Positions 20,574-31,488 of a stretch of 64,000 bases of DNA are shown piece by piece. The stretch is from Candidatus Obscuribacterales bacterium. Lineage in GTDB: Bacteria; Cyanobacteriota; Vampirovibrionia; Obscuribacterales; Obscuribacteraceae. The stretch spans positions 352,001-416,000 of the forward strand of contig CBDDIJ010000002.1 of NCBI GenBank assembly GCA_965228855.1. The letters run 5' to 3'. Below the pieces are notes generated by a model, which was not told the origin of the DNA, did not search any database, and saw only the letters and a list, made by a program, of their open reading frames with translations. The position numbers were made by a program, and so were the translations under genes. Each line of letters opens with the position of its first letter. The stretch's first letter is position 1.

Positions 20574-21122
20574 ATGAAAATCATGGCATTAGCGCTGGCT
20601 GGTCTGGCGGTTCTTGCGGCGGTGTTCCTCTTCGGCATCAACCATATCGTCGACCTCAGCAACCCGCCTCTCGCGATCGTCGGCACCACTGGTAGTGTCG
20701 TCGCGGATCCCGATGACCTGAAAGTCATCATTCCCGACGGCACTGAGATGTCTTTCGACGAATTCAAACAGAAGGCGCCGGACGTCGCGAAACTGTTGAC
20801 ACCGCTCAACCCGACCAAGATTCGGCGAGACGGCGATCTGTTCACGCTCACCGGTACTCCGACGACGATCGCAAAACAAGGCGTCACCGTGTACATAGCC
20901 GGGAAGGTCTCGTCCGAGGTCACGAGGTCCGGCAATGTGATTACGCTCAAGAAAATCGACGGAATCGACGTCGACACAGGCATCGGCAGGGCGAAACTGC
21001 GAGAAGCGGTTATCACACCGGGTGCGAACAACACGGCGACAATCGACGGGAAACTTGAGCTCAGCCGCTGGCTGCCCTGGATCTCGTTCTCCGTCACCGT
21101 CGACACGACCCAGACACCCTGA
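20574..21122 (+). CDS. Hypothetical exported or membrane-anchored protein
   Basis: N-terminal hydrophobic segment; biased codons. Confidence 0.7.
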   Translation: MKIMALALAGLAVLAAVFLFGINHIVDLSNPPLAIVGTTGSVVADPDDLKVIIPDGTEMSFDEFKQKAPDVAKLLTPLNPTKIRRDGDLFTLTGTPTTIAKQGVTVYIAGKVSSEVTRSGNVITLKKIDGIDVDTGIGRAKLREAVITPGANNTATIDGKLELSRWLPWISFSVTVDTTQTP

Positions 21123-21259
21123 CGGCAACAGCCGTTTCCCGAGTGTCCCTGAACAAGCATCTTTTACCCGCGTGAACGCTGTCGACTCGATTGCCATCGC
21201 TGCTTGCAGTGAGCAATCGACTCGGCTGTCGCCGCGCACAACTTTCGAAGGACGGAATC

Positions 21260-21859
21260 ATGCGCCATCTAGGCATCATGGGCGGAACCTTCAACCCGCC
21301 GCACAACCTCCACTTGCTGGTCGCGCAGCTCGCTGCCGAACAGTTCGACATGGAGAAAGTTTTGTTCGTCCCTTCGGGACAACCGCCTCACAAGAAGGCG
21401 GATCTGCTTCCCAAGGAAGTCAGGTTCGAACTGACCGCCGCTGCCGTTCAAGGCAACGAGATGTTCGAAGCATCGCGCATCGAAGTCGATCGCCCGGGAG
21501 TCACCTGGTCGATTGACACTCTGCGCGCATTGAGCCGGATTCACGGTCCGGATGTCCGTTTGAATTTCATAATCGGCGATGACAATCTTCCGGTCATCCG
21601 GGATTACGAAAAGCGTGATGAACTCTTGAGCTTGGCTCGACTGGTCGTCTGCCCCCGCAAGCGCGTCGGCAACAAGGCGAACATTCGCAGCTGGCGCAAG
21701 GTCATTCCGAACGCCGATATGGTCTTCGTCGATTGCCCGCAGTTTCCTTTCTCCAGCACGCTGGTTCGCGACTGGCTGGCGCAGGGGCGTGACGTTCGAT
21801 ACCTGGTCCCCGAGCCGGTTCTCGACATCATCAAGACGCGCGGCTATTTCACGAAGTAG
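21260..21859 (+). CDS. nadD: Nicotinate-nucleotide adenylyltransferase
   Basis: GGTFNPPHNLH, PPHK, FIIGDD, SSTLVR, YLVPEPV. Confidence 0.9.
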   Translation: MRHLGIMGGTFNPPHNLHLLVAQLAAEQFDMEKVLFVPSGQPPHKKADLLPKEVRFELTAAAVQGNEMFEASRIEVDRPGVTWSIDTLRALSRIHGPDVRLNFIIGDDNLPVIRDYEKRDELLSLARLVVCPRKRVGNKANIRSWRKVIPNADMVFVDCPQFPFSSTLVRDWLAQGRDVRYLVPEPVLDIIKTRGYFTK

Positions 21860-21943
21860 CGACTTATATCTTTGGCGGCGGCGGCGTCTTTGACAGGACG
21901 CCCGCCTCCGAGTACAAACGGTGTAGAAACACCTGGGAAATAT

Positions 21944-22900
21944 ATGCGACGAAAAATTCTCAGCACACTTTTACGCATCGCCACGGCGCCGTATACCCTC
22001 ATGCCGGGGCGGTCCTGGAAAGGTGCTTTGCCGCAGCTCTCTGCGCAACAGACGTCGCTGTCTCAACTGATACGGCGACATGTTCACGAGCTGTCGGTAG
22101 TCATCGGCGAGCGCCACATCGGACGCCCCGACGCACTGACGAAAACGGTTGATTATATCCTCGCCGATTTGTTCGACTCTGGATACGAGCCCAAGCTGCA
22201 CGACTTCCCGCTTGAGGGCACAACGCAGCAGAACGTCGAAGCAGTCTTGCCAGGCAAAAGCAAACGCGTGCTCGTCATAGGCGCTCACTACGACTCGGTT
22301 CCGGGCTCTGCAGGCGCCGACGACAACGCCTCTGGCGTGGCAGCTGTTCTTGCACTAGCCCGTCTCTTGCGAGACTACGAGCCGAACGACACGATTCGTT
22401 TCGTTCTCTTCGCAAATGAAGAACACGTTGGTTTGCCGGCAGAAACCATGGGCAGCTACCACTACGCCAGGATGTGCAGTGAAAGCGGAGACCAGGTTCG
22501 CATGCTGGTTATGGAGATGCTCGGCTTTTTCAAAGACGAAGAAGACACGCAGCATTACCCGCCACCGCTCAATCTTGTCTATCCGACCAAGGGCAACTTT
22601 GTCGGTTTCGTCGGCAACTGGAAGTCGCGCTCGCTCGTTCACGACTGCATCCGCGCGTTCCGCAAAACCGCAAAATTTCCGTCGGACGGCGTCGCGGCAC
22701 CGGACAAGCTGAAAGACATCGGTCGCTCCGATCACTGGGGCTTCTGGCAGTTTGGCTATCCGGCGATCATGATCACGGACACCGCGAATTTCAGAAACCC
22801 CCACTATCACACCGAACACGACACCCCCGAAACACTCAACTATGAATCAATGAGTCGCGTCGTGAGCGGTTTGGCAACAATGGTGCGCACCATCGCCTGA
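21944..22900 (+). CDS. M28 family metallopeptidase
   Basis: IGAHYDS, GADDNASG, FANEE, SDH and YHT..D motifs. Confidence 0.9.
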   Translation: MRRKILSTLLRIATAPYTLMPGRSWKGALPQLSAQQTSLSQLIRRHVHELSVVIGERHIGRPDALTKTVDYILADLFDSGYEPKLHDFPLEGTTQQNVEAVLPGKSKRVLVIGAHYDSVPGSAGADDNASGVAAVLALARLLRDYEPNDTIRFVLFANEEHVGLPAETMGSYHYARMCSESGDQVRMLVMEMLGFFKDEEDTQHYPPPLNLVYPTKGNFVGFVGNWKSRSLVHDCIRAFRKTAKFPSDGVAAPDKLKDIGRSDHWGFWQFGYPAIMITDTANFRNPHYHTEHDTPETLNYESMSRVVSGLATMVRTIA

Positions 22901-22903
22901 CCC

Positions 22904-22934
22904 GAAACCTGGAAGGTCCCACCTTCCAGGTTTC
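22904..22934 (+). terminator. Probable terminator hairpin
   Basis: GAAACCTGGAAGGT-CCC-ACCTTCCAGGTTTC perfect stem right after the stop. Confidence 0.75.
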
Positions 22935-22948
22935 ACCGCCAAGCTCGC

Positions 22949-23381
22949 CTACTATATTCCGGCGTATTCACATTTCCCGGAGAATGATTGACCAGTGGAG
23001 GTTTGCGGCGTTCATCCTTCCAAACCAGTGTGCATTCTTGCCAGTTTGTCTACGCCTCATTGCCGGATTTCGAGAAAAGCGGCAATGGCTCGTAGCCACC
23101 GCTCACTACTATATTCCGGCGTATACGCCTTTTTCGGACAACCCTCTCCCCTTGGAGCTTTCGGGCATCACCCATCCGGATCGGAGTCAATTTTTGCAGG
23201 CTTGTCTACGCCTCATTGCCGGATTTCGCGAAAAGCGGCAATGGCTCGTAGACAGAGCCCAGCCAAAAGCTGGTCATAAAACCTGAAAGCCCGCTCGGTG
23301 CTTAAACCACCTTTGATATGATCTAGTAGTAGTCCTGAAAGCCAGACCGGTGCTTAAACCGCCTTTAAAACGATCTAGTAG
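22949..23381. repeat. Tandem double element, locus 5 (cores 23047-23098 and 23203-23254; duplicated right arm)
   Basis: CTACTATATTCCGGCGTAT at 22949 and 23106; two near-identical 52-bp cores; TCTAGTAG at 23322 and 23374 inside a 52-bp-period duplication. Confidence 0.92.
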
Positions 23382-23456
23382 ACAAGCTTTCGAAAGAAGC
23401 CCTCGTTGCGGAGACGAGGGCTTCGGGAAGAGGCGGATTGGATTGGGTTGGATGAT

Positions 23457-24125
23457 TTATTCGCCGCAGGTTCCGGGCGCTCTGAGGGCGCGACCGTTTG
23501 CGAGATCTTTCGGCATCGGGAACTTCGACCACTTGCCGTCGCTTCGCATTCCGTAGACCTGTCCATCTTCAGCCTGGACATAAATGCGCTGACCGCCAGG
23601 TACGCGGTCGCCGATGATTACGTCCCCGGGCTGACTTTCACTAACTGGTTTCTGTTCGAAACCGGAATTTTTCATGTCTTGCTCGAGTCCACGAATGCTG
23701 GCGTTATCGAGGTGGGTGTAACCGGACTGTTGAAGCAGGACGGAGACCGATGCAGCCGCGCCAAGCTTCCCATCCTGAGTGATGTCGGCGTGCTTGCTGT
23801 CTCTCCAGAGGTCTTTTCCAAGACCGGCGTCAGCGCTATCTAACATTGCCTCCTGCGAATCGCTCAGCATCGGGCTGTCTGAAACTTGTTCTGCCGATTT
23901 GTTAGTGCTGTCGCTAAACTGATTGAGGCTATCAACTTTAGAGTTTTTCCAGTCAGACGTATCAATTTGGGGAAGATTGTTGGCGGCGCTTGAGTCGCTT
24001 GACGGAGGCACGATCTGAATCGGAGCAGACTCTGGAGGACCAGCAGGTATGTACTGATTAAGACTCGAATGTACTTCTTCGTGCGGTGCGGGTTTTACAG
24101 CGACGCCGTCATTAATGTCTGCCAT
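23457..24125 (-). CDS. Hypothetical protein with low-complexity N-terminus and possible degenerate NlpC/P60-like C-terminal domain
   Basis: GAGGAAG RBS; GKLGAAASVS...QPGDVIIG pattern. Confidence 0.6.
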   Translation of the reverse strand: MADINDGVAVKPAPHEEVHSSLNQYIPAGPPESAPIQIVPPSSDSSAANNLPQIDTSDWKNSKVDSLNQFSDSTNKSAEQVSDSPMLSDSQEAMLDSADAGLGKDLWRDSKHADITQDGKLGAAASVSVLLQQSGYTHLDNASIRGLEQDMKNSGFEQKPVSESQPGDVIIGDRVPGGQRIYVQAEDGQVYGMRSDGKWSKFPMPKDLANGRALRAPGTCGE

Positions 24126-24417
24126 GAGAAACTTCCTCTTATATACGTGGGAGGGGGGTAGAGTGCGAGCTTGAACACCATAACTTTCCATCGTGACTTC
24201 TGCGTGACGGCCTTCACTGACGTACGCGGTCACATCAGAACAGCAAACCACTCCCGTGACCTGAACAATTCACTCTAATAGGCAAAAAACGGTTATTATT
24301 ACCGCGTCGTCTCCACGAACTTGAGCCGGACTGCTAAAGTTTTCCCGTCCGCAACGTCAAAAAATCAATTTAAGTCGTTAGTCAGCATACGTTCACAAGC
24401 CCTCACCTCACAGAACG

Positions 24418-27400
24418 ATGTATCACCTGGTCGACAAACTCGTTAACGGCGCACTCAAGGGGCGCTACTTGACACTGATTGCAACGCTGATCATTATCAT
24501 CGCTGGTGTCGTGGCGTTGAAACGTTTACCGCTTGAAGCATACCCGGAACTCTCAAATCCTCAGGTCCGAATAATCACTTTGTATCCCGGCAAGGGTCCG
24601 GAGGAAGTCGAAAAGCTGGTAACCATTCCGCTGGAAAAAGAACTCTACGGAATTCCTGCGGAAACAGACCTGCGCTCGCTATCGCTGTACGCCCTTTCGG
24701 TGATTACCGTGACTTTTGCGGATGGCACGGACACAACGCTGGCTCGACAGCGAGTTCTGGAACGAATCACCCAAGCCGATATCCCGCACGATGCGGAACC
24801 CGGACTGGAACCGGATGTCGGTTCCTTGAGAGAAATTTATCGCTACTGCCTGCACAGTCACTACTACTCGCCTATGGGTCTGCGCTCAATCGAGCAGTGG
24901 GACCTGGAGAAGATTGTTCGCCAGGTTCCCGGAGTAATCGGTATCGTCAGCGAAGGCGGTCCGACTAAAACATATCAAATCCAGCTAAACCCTCACCGTT
25001 TGCAGGCTTACGACGTAACCTTACAAGAAGTGTTTACCGCAATTCAAAAATCCAATGCCACTTCAGGTGGTGGCTTCATGGAACGAGACGGACAGGCAAT
25101 GATCGTCCGCCAATTAGGTTTGCTAAACGGAATCGACGATATAAAAGAGGTTGTCGTAAAGGAAAACGAGCAGGGAATCCCGATTCGAATCAAGGACGTC
25201 GCTACTATTGAGATCGCGCCAATGGTGCGTCGAGGGCAGGTCGGAAAGAACTACGAGGACGACGTTGTGGAAGGCATCGTCCTTCTTCGCAGAGGCGAGA
25301 ACGTCACCCGTGTTCTCAACGCATTCAAAGAACGAATCCCGGACTTGATTTCCAGACTACCGGAAGGCGTAACTTTCGAGACACTGTACGATCGGTCAGG
25401 TCTTGTAGATCAAACTTTGAAAACGGTTGGGAAGAACGTCGCCATCGGAATTGGGCTTGTTCTGCTGTTCCTCGTGCTTTTCCTCTTCGACATTCCGGCC
25501 GCCTTCATCACTGCAATCGTGATTCCCCTTTCAATTCTGATTGCGTTCATCTATCTGACCTTGTTCGATATTCCCGCTAATTTACTCAGCCTCGGCGCGA
25601 TCGACTTCGGAATTCTCGTCGACAGCGCAGTGGTCATGACGGAAAATATAATTCGCCGACTCTCCGAGGAAGGAAAAGATCTCAGCCCGACAGAACGCTT
25701 GATTCTACTTGGAGAATCAGCCCGGGAAGTTGCCGGTCCAATTGTATCCGGGATAGCCGTAATCATCGCGACATTCGTGCCCATTTTTACTTTCAGCGGC
25801 GTGGAAGGAAAACTGTTTCGCCCGCTCGCAATTACAATGGTCACTGCTCTGATAGGCGCAGCCATCACCGCGCTCACAGTAATTCCGGTGCTCCTCTCGT
25901 TCTGGTATGCAAAGAGACCTCCGACCGAGCGCCTGAGCCCGCTGTTGAAAGTCTCCGGTTTTCTCTATGCCCCAAGCCTGCGCTGGTCACTTCGCCACCC
26001 GATTCTGGTGATCGCTGTCGCGGTAGCGGCTTTTGCGGGTTCCGTACAAATGTTTCTCAATCTCGGTTCGGAATTTTTACCGCACCTGGAAGAGGGAAAC
26101 ATCTGGCTAAGAGCGACAGTAAAACCGGGCAGCGTAACTCTCGATGAGTCGGTCAAAATCGCGCACGAAATACGCGCGCGCGTGATCAAATATCCGGAGG
26201 TCACAACCGTTCTCTCTCAAGTCGGCGGACCGGACGACGGTACAGATCCGGCTCGCTTTGCCGATCAAGAGTTCTACATCGGACTTAAACTGCCCGAGGA
26301 GTGGCGCGAAAGGTTTCACCAGAATAAAGAATTGCTGATTGAGGATATGCGCAAGGACCTCGAACAGTTGCCCAACGTCAGCTATTACTTCACTCAATAC
26401 ATCCAAACAACACTCGACGAAGCACTCTCGGGCGTGCAGGGCTCCCTCGTGGCCAAAGTCTCCGGTCCGGATCTGGTTATGCTCGAAAAGAAGGGTCAAG
26501 AAGTCGGACGAGTGATGAATCAAACGCCAGGAATCGTTGACGTAATTGTAGATCCGCTCATTGGACAACCTCAGGTTTCAGTACAGATCGATCGAGCAAA
26601 AGCAGCGAGGTATGGTTTAAACGTTGGCGACTTGCGCGATCTCGTCGAAATCGCAGTCGGCGGAATGCCGGCAACGACGGCAATTGAAGATGAACGCCGA
26701 TACCAAGTCATCTTGCGCCTGGAACAAGCCTATCGGGACACGCCGCAAGCCCTGGAGCAGATTCTCGTGGATACGCCGTCCGGCGAACGCATCCCCCTTT
26801 CTCAGGTCGCCGAGGTTCAAGAGACAATCGGCGCAACCCAGATCTGGAGAGACGCGGGCTCTCGCCTCGCCACAATTCGAGCCAATGTAAGAGGACGAGA
26901 CCTGGCCACTGCGGTTCACGAAGCGCAAGAAAAGGTGAAAGCCTCGGTGAAATTACCATCCGGATATCGTGTCGAATGGACGGGCGAATTCCAGCGCCAG
27001 CAAGAGGCGTCTCACCAACTGGCAATAGTCGTTCCGGTGACGCTCGCCTTGATTATCATCATTCTCTATCTAGCCTGCGGTACGCTTTCAGGCGCGCTCG
27101 TCATGTTCTCCGTAGTACCGCTAGCCGCTATCGGAGCCATTCTCGCGCTGAGATTGACCGGAACATACATGTCTATTTCGGCCGGCGTCGGGTTTATCGC
27201 ACTCTTCGGTCTGGCTGTTAAGAACGGCATCTTGCTGGTTTCATTTGTCAACGAGCTACGCCACGAAGGCTTATCACTGGCAGAGGCCGTTTACCAGGGC
27301 GCAGTGACACGATTGCGTCCCGTGCTTATGACCGCAACGATAGCGACAGTCGGTTTATTACCGGCAGCATTGTCAAACGAAATCGGAGCCCAAACACAAA

Positions 27401-27519
27401 AGCCATTCGCTATCGTCATAATCGGTGGACTAATCTCGTGTACTTTTCTTACACTGTATGTGTTGCCCGCAATCTATCTGAGGTTCTCACCCAACCCGGG
27501 CAGAAAACGAAAGAGCTGA
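24418..27519 (+). CDS. CusA/CzcA-family heavy-metal efflux RND permease
   Basis: 1033 aa; SLGAIDFGILVDSAVV.ENI, EGKLFRPLA, GSEFLPHLEEG, RLRPVLMTA. Confidence 0.95.
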   Translation: MYHLVDKLVNGALKGRYLTLIATLIIIIAGVVALKRLPLEAYPELSNPQVRIITLYPGKGPEEVEKLVTIPLEKELYGIPAETDLRSLSLYALSVITVTFADGTDTTLARQRVLERITQADIPHDAEPGLEPDVGSLREIYRYCLHSHYYSPMGLRSIEQWDLEKIVRQVPGVIGIVSEGGPTKTYQIQLNPHRLQAYDVTLQEVFTAIQKSNATSGGGFMERDGQAMIVRQLGLLNGIDDIKEVVVKENEQGIPIRIKDVATIEIAPMVRRGQVGKNYEDDVVEGIVLLRRGENVTRVLNAFKERIPDLISRLPEGVTFETLYDRSGLVDQTLKTVGKNVAIGIGLVLLFLVLFLFDIPAAFITAIVIPLSILIAFIYLTLFDIPANLLSLGAIDFGILVDSAVVMTENIIRRLSEEGKDLSPTERLILLGESAREVAGPIVSGIAVIIATFVPIFTFSGVEGKLFRPLAITMVTALIGAAITALTVIPVLLSFWYAKRPPTERLSPLLKVSGFLYAPSLRWSLRHPILVIAVAVAAFAGSVQMFLNLGSEFLPHLEEGNIWLRATVKPGSVTLDESVKIAHEIRARVIKYPEVTTVLSQVGGPDDGTDPARFADQEFYIGLKLPEEWRERFHQNKELLIEDMRKDLEQLPNVSYYFTQYIQTTLDEALSGVQGSLVAKVSGPDLVMLEKKGQEVGRVMNQTPGIVDVIVDPLIGQPQVSVQIDRAKAARYGLNVGDLRDLVEIAVGGMPATTAIEDERRYQVILRLEQAYRDTPQALEQILVDTPSGERIPLSQVAEVQETIGATQIWRDAGSRLATIRANVRGRDLATAVHEAQEKVKASVKLPSGYRVEWTGEFQRQQEASHQLAIVVPVTLALIIIILYLACGTLSGALVMFSVVPLAAIGAILALRLTGTYMSISAGVGFIALFGLAVKNGILLVSFVNELRHEGLSLAEAVYQGAVTRLRPVLMTATIATVGLLPAALSNEIGAQTQKPFAIVIIGGLISCTFLTLYVLPAIYLRFSPNPGRKRKS

Positions 27520-27523
27520 TGAC

Positions 27524-28783
27524 ATGTTAGAGAAGGACCATGTTACGGCAATAAAGCGAGCCAGACATCTGGCTCTGGTTTTGTTTGCTGTATTGCTGAC
27601 AGGCTGCGCCGAAAAAACGAATTCGCATGAAACGCCGAAGAATTTCATAGAGCATGGCGGCCCGCGACTACTTAAGTTATCGCCAACCCAGATTCGCGAT
27701 CTGCAGGTCACAACAGCACCGGTACTGGATAAAGTAATTCCGGATGAGATTGAACTGGTCGGTCAGATCGACGAAAACAGCACACTGTCCACCCCTGTTC
27801 TATCCCTTGTCCCCGGTCGCGTCGAAAAGGTACACGTACAGGTCGGCGATCACGTCAGACTGGGTCAGCATCTTGCTGAAATACGAAGTGATGAAGTGGC
27901 GCGCATCGAGGCGGATCTTCTGCATGAGTTTCTCACGCTTGAGGTTGACGTGGAAAGAACCAAAGTCAAACTGGAACTCGCTCAGAAAGCCAGAGATCGT
28001 CAGCAAATGCTCTTCAATGAGGGCATCGGCGCACGAGCACAATTGGAGACCGCCGAGGGCGAATATCGAATGGCGGAAGCTGAACTTAAGGCTTTCAGAG
28101 AAAAACGCAGATCCGCTATCGAAACCACACGCGAACGCTTAAAGCTCTTCGGCATTACGGCAAACGAAATAGATCGATTGCTCAGAACACGAGTTACGGA
28201 CAATTTGGTCGAAGTGACATGTCCGCGCGCTGGTGTCATAGTTCAGCGCGACGTAGACCTTGGACAGATGGTTGAAGCCACCCACGCCATGTTTACGGTT
28301 TCCGATCTATCTCAAGTGTGGGTAAACGCTCAAGCGTTTGAGAAGGATATTCACTCAATCCAGCTCGGTGAGCCAATCTACCTTACCGTGGAAAGTTATC
28401 CGGGCAGAGTTTTTAAAGGGCGCGTGGACTATATTGGTGAAACGCTAGACCAAAAAACCAGGACGCTGGCTGTCCGCGCCACGGTTCCAAATCCGGACGG
28501 CAAGCTCCATCCGCATATGTACGCTCGAGTCACTCTCAAGGTCGGCGAGCGAAAGGCATTGCTCGTGCCCGCTGCGGCGGTCAGGAAAACAGGCGAGACC
28601 TTTCTCGCATACGTAATGTCCAGACCCGGCCAGTACGAAGAGCGCAAAGTCGAAATCGGTGAAAATAAGAATCACGATATCGTCATCACACAGGGACTGA
28701 AAGCTGGCGAGACGGTCGTCGTAAAAGGAAGCCTCGAACTGAATGGGCTTGCCATAAAACAAGCGAGCGAGGCGGCGGAGTAA
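27524..28783 (+). CDS. RND efflux periplasmic adaptor (CusB/CzcB-like)
   Basis: Lipobox-like LTGC; biotinyl-lipoyl halves, coiled coil, DLSQVWV, TRTLAVR. Confidence 0.92.
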   Translation: MLEKDHVTAIKRARHLALVLFAVLLTGCAEKTNSHETPKNFIEHGGPRLLKLSPTQIRDLQVTTAPVLDKVIPDEIELVGQIDENSTLSTPVLSLVPGRVEKVHVQVGDHVRLGQHLAEIRSDEVARIEADLLHEFLTLEVDVERTKVKLELAQKARDRQQMLFNEGIGARAQLETAEGEYRMAEAELKAFREKRRSAIETTRERLKLFGITANEIDRLLRTRVTDNLVEVTCPRAGVIVQRDVDLGQMVEATHAMFTVSDLSQVWVNAQAFEKDIHSIQLGEPIYLTVESYPGRVFKGRVDYIGETLDQKTRTLAVRATVPNPDGKLHPHMYARVTLKVGERKALLVPAAAVRKTGETFLAYVMSRPGQYEERKVEIGENKNHDIVITQGLKAGETVVVKGSLELNGLAIKQASEAAE

Positions 28784-28785
28784 GA

Positions 28786-29106
28786 ATGAAACTGGTTTCG
28801 GCGATTATTCAACCTTACATGTTCGACAAACTATCCAGAGCGTTGCGCAAACAAAAGCTCACTCGATTTACAATGTGCGCGGTCAAAAGTTACGGCGTTC
28901 CAGACGGCGAGTCTTCCATAGATTTGATGTCGGATAAAGTCCGTATCGATTTGTTCGTTCACGACGATCAGGCGATTGAGGTTTCGGAGCTCATAGCAAA
29001 AACGGTGGGAACGCACCAGGAGGGCGATGGGTTGATATTTGTCTCCGAGTTAACTCATGTTATCAACATCGACACCGGCAAATACGACTCCCAGGCGTTT
29101 TCCTGA
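28786..29106 (+). CDS. PII-family signalling protein
   Basis: MKLVSAIIQP, KVRIDL, TxxxGDGLIFVS; shortened T-loop. Confidence 0.85.
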   Translation: MKLVSAIIQPYMFDKLSRALRKQKLTRFTMCAVKSYGVPDGESSIDLMSDKVRIDLFVHDDQAIEVSELIAKTVGTHQEGDGLIFVSELTHVINIDTGKYDSQAFS

Positions 29107-29168
29107 CAAAATTGAATTGGCAACCTCTAATGAGGGATAATGTCCGAGTCACCGCTCCAATCCTTACC

Positions 29169-29786
29169 ATGTCCGACCCCATTCGCATTGTCGTTATTGA
29201 AGATCATCACGTCACACTCGACGGGTTAATTCACGGATTGGCACGGGAAGCGGATTTCGAAGTCGTGGGCAGTTCCGATAATTCGGAGGATGGGTTGCGC
29301 GTCTGTGAAGAAGCACGCCCCGACGTCATTGTTTTAGACCTGCACCTTCCTGGGCGCCTGGGACCGGTCGGCATGATCAAGGAATTTCTACGCTTCCCCG
29401 ACGTGCGTCTGGTGATTTTTTCGGCGGAGAGCCGGCAAGCCTTTATCCAGGAAGTTTTAAACATGGGCGTGAGCGCCTATCTGCTCAAGTCTGAAAGAGT
29501 TTCGAAAGTGGCCGATGTGATTCGGCGCGTGCACAAAGGCGAAAAAGGGCTTGTAACCGAGGATATAACAACTGATCGCAAGAAGTTAACACCTTCGGAA
29601 CAAGAAGTGCTGCACATGCTTGGACGGGGAATGAAGTATCAGGAGATCGCCGAACAGCGCTTCACGTCGGTCGCGACCGCAAGAAAGCAATGCGAAGTTT
29701 TACTGTTGAAACTGGGATTGGAAAACCGCGAACAACTGATCGCATGGGCGGTACAAAACGGATACGGCAGCGAGGAGCTTAGCTAG
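29169..29786 (+). CDS. NarL/LuxR-family response regulator
   Basis: IEDH, LDLHLP and YLLK receiver motifs; LTPSEQEVL helix-turn-helix. Confidence 0.9.
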   Translation: MSDPIRIVVIEDHHVTLDGLIHGLAREADFEVVGSSDNSEDGLRVCEEARPDVIVLDLHLPGRLGPVGMIKEFLRFPDVRLVIFSAESRQAFIQEVLNMGVSAYLLKSERVSKVADVIRRVHKGEKGLVTEDITTDRKKLTPSEQEVLHMLGRGMKYQEIAEQRFTSVATARKQCEVLLLKLGLENREQLIAWAVQNGYGSEELS

Positions 29787-29841
29787 AGCGGCTTTCGTTC
29801 TGTCTAAACGGAATAAAACGGCTCCACGTTCACGAGGCATC

Positions 29842-31488
29842 ATGACTCAGCAACCGACTATCACAGTTGCAGACCTGCTCTACCGAGCACAAGTCATCTC
29901 GCAAGACCAGCTCGCCCGAGCTGTCGCCACGTCCATAAGAACGAAAGAGTCGATCGCCAAAGCGCTTGTTAAAAACGGAACATCCGCTGAGGTGGTGAGA
30001 ACAGGAACGCTTGCGCATTCACTGTTCATCGACAATTTAATCGTGCTCGACATGGCCATAGATGCGGTGCGCAAATCAGTAGAAGAGAGAGTCAATCTAG
30101 AGGAATCGCTGGAACGCCTCGGCTGGAAGACCGATTACAGGCTGATTGTAGGACGCCTGTGTCAACTACTCACGGATTCGGGAACAGTTTCCGAAGCAGA
30201 TATAAATAACGCTGTCGAGGCGAGCACAGCCAGTGGACTGCCTCTCGGCCGAGTTCTTGTAGTGCGGCGAGTGGTTCCCGAGGCATTGGTTTACGCTGCA
30301 TTGACCGGGCAGGTTTTAATCAAGGAAGGTCGCATAACCGCTGAGCAAGCCATTGCCGGACTGAAGCTGGCGACAAAACAACAATCGAGCATGGAACTAG
30401 CACTATCCCAACTCGGTGCGCTGCCGATGGAACGGAAGGACCCGATTCGGCTTGGTGAGCTGCTTAGCGCAGCGGGAATGGTTTCAGAAATAGACTTGTT
30501 GTCGGCCGTGGAAAAGGGCATGGGTCACGATGTGCCCATCGGGCAGGTGCTTTTGAAACACGGCTTGCTGCCGCAGCACGTGCTCGACAAAGCGCTGACG
30601 CTGCAGTTTATGGTGAACAACCGCTCTCTGACTCCGAATGACGCGATCGCTCAGTTGCAACGAATCACCAGAACGCCCAGAGAGGAGCCCGCACAGGACA
30701 CCGCCCGTGGTATCGATCACAATTACCGCAATAGCTCGAGAACGGCTCTCAACGATGATTATTCAGAGGCGCCGGACCCGAACAAGATTATGGGTCTTTA
30801 CAAAAAAGAAGACTGGATGAGAACCATTCAGGAACTCACGCTGGAGAAACAAAACCTCGCATATAAGGTGGTAAGCCAGCAAGAGGAGATGAAGTATCGG
30901 CTGGCGCGTGAATTGCATGACACCATAATCGCAGACCTTATGATGCTTAAGCGCTATCTCGGCGGCGACCGCAAATTGTCGACCGATGAAACGATAGAGA
31001 TCGTTGATCATATAGTTATGCAATTAAGAGACATTTGCAGCGACTTCGCGCCAAGGAATTTCAAAGAGTGGGGCTTGAAGATGACGCTCAAAGACACACT
31101 TGATCGGATGAGCGAGCGCACCGGAATTCAGTCGACTTTTCTGTGCGAATTCGAGATTCCGGAACTGCCTGATCCTGTGGGTTTGCACACTTACCGTATT
31201 ATCCAGGAAGGTTTGAACAACGTCGAGAAATATTCGGGAGCAAGCGAAGTGTCGCTCATCATCGAGCGTCCGCGCGAGAAGTCGCTGCGTTTTCGGCTCT
31301 CGGATAACGGCAAAGGTTTTACTACTGAAGGAAACAGCTCGCCGCGCAGAACCGGCGACTCGGGCGGAATGGGCATGGGCGGTATGAAGGAGCGCGCCGA
31401 TCTTATCCGTTGTTTCTTTCCGACAAGCCTCTCTGTGGACTCGTCTCCGGGTCACGGGTCAACAGTCACGCTAGAAATTGATTTGTAA
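29842..31488 (+). CDS. Cytoplasmic HisKA_3 sensor kinase with N-terminal MshEN-like repeats
   Basis: LARELHD, IIQEGLNN, DNGKGF, GMGMGGM; RLGELLSAAG, PLGRVLV and PIGQVLL repeats. Confidence 0.88.
   Translation: MTQQPTITVADLLYRAQVISQDQLARAVATSIRTKESIAKALVKNGTSAEVVRTGTLAHSLFIDNLIVLDMAIDAVRKSVEERVNLEESLERLGWKTDYRLIVGRLCQLLTDSGTVSEADINNAVEASTASGLPLGRVLVVRRVVPEALVYAALTGQVLIKEGRITAEQAIAGLKLATKQQSSMELALSQLGALPMERKDPIRLGELLSAAGMVSEIDLLSAVEKGMGHDVPIGQVLLKHGLLPQHVLDKALTLQFMVNNRSLTPNDAIAQLQRITRTPREEPAQDTARGIDHNYRNSSRTALNDDYSEAPDPNKIMGLYKKEDWMRTIQELTLEKQNLAYKVVSQQEEMKYRLARELHDTIIADLMMLKRYLGGDRKLSTDETIEIVDHIVMQLRDICSDFAPRNFKEWGLKMTLKDTLDRMSERTGIQSTFLCEFEIPELPDPVGLHTYRIIQEGLNNVEKYSGASEVSLIIERPREKSLRFRLSDNGKGFTTEGNSSPRRTGDSGGMGMGGMKERADLIRCFFPTSLSVDSSPGHGSTVTLEIDL

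Noticed and set aside
22949..23381. CRISPR array
   Set aside because: Only two units, 52-bp degenerate repeats, long linkers and no cas genes; it is part of the dispersed element family.
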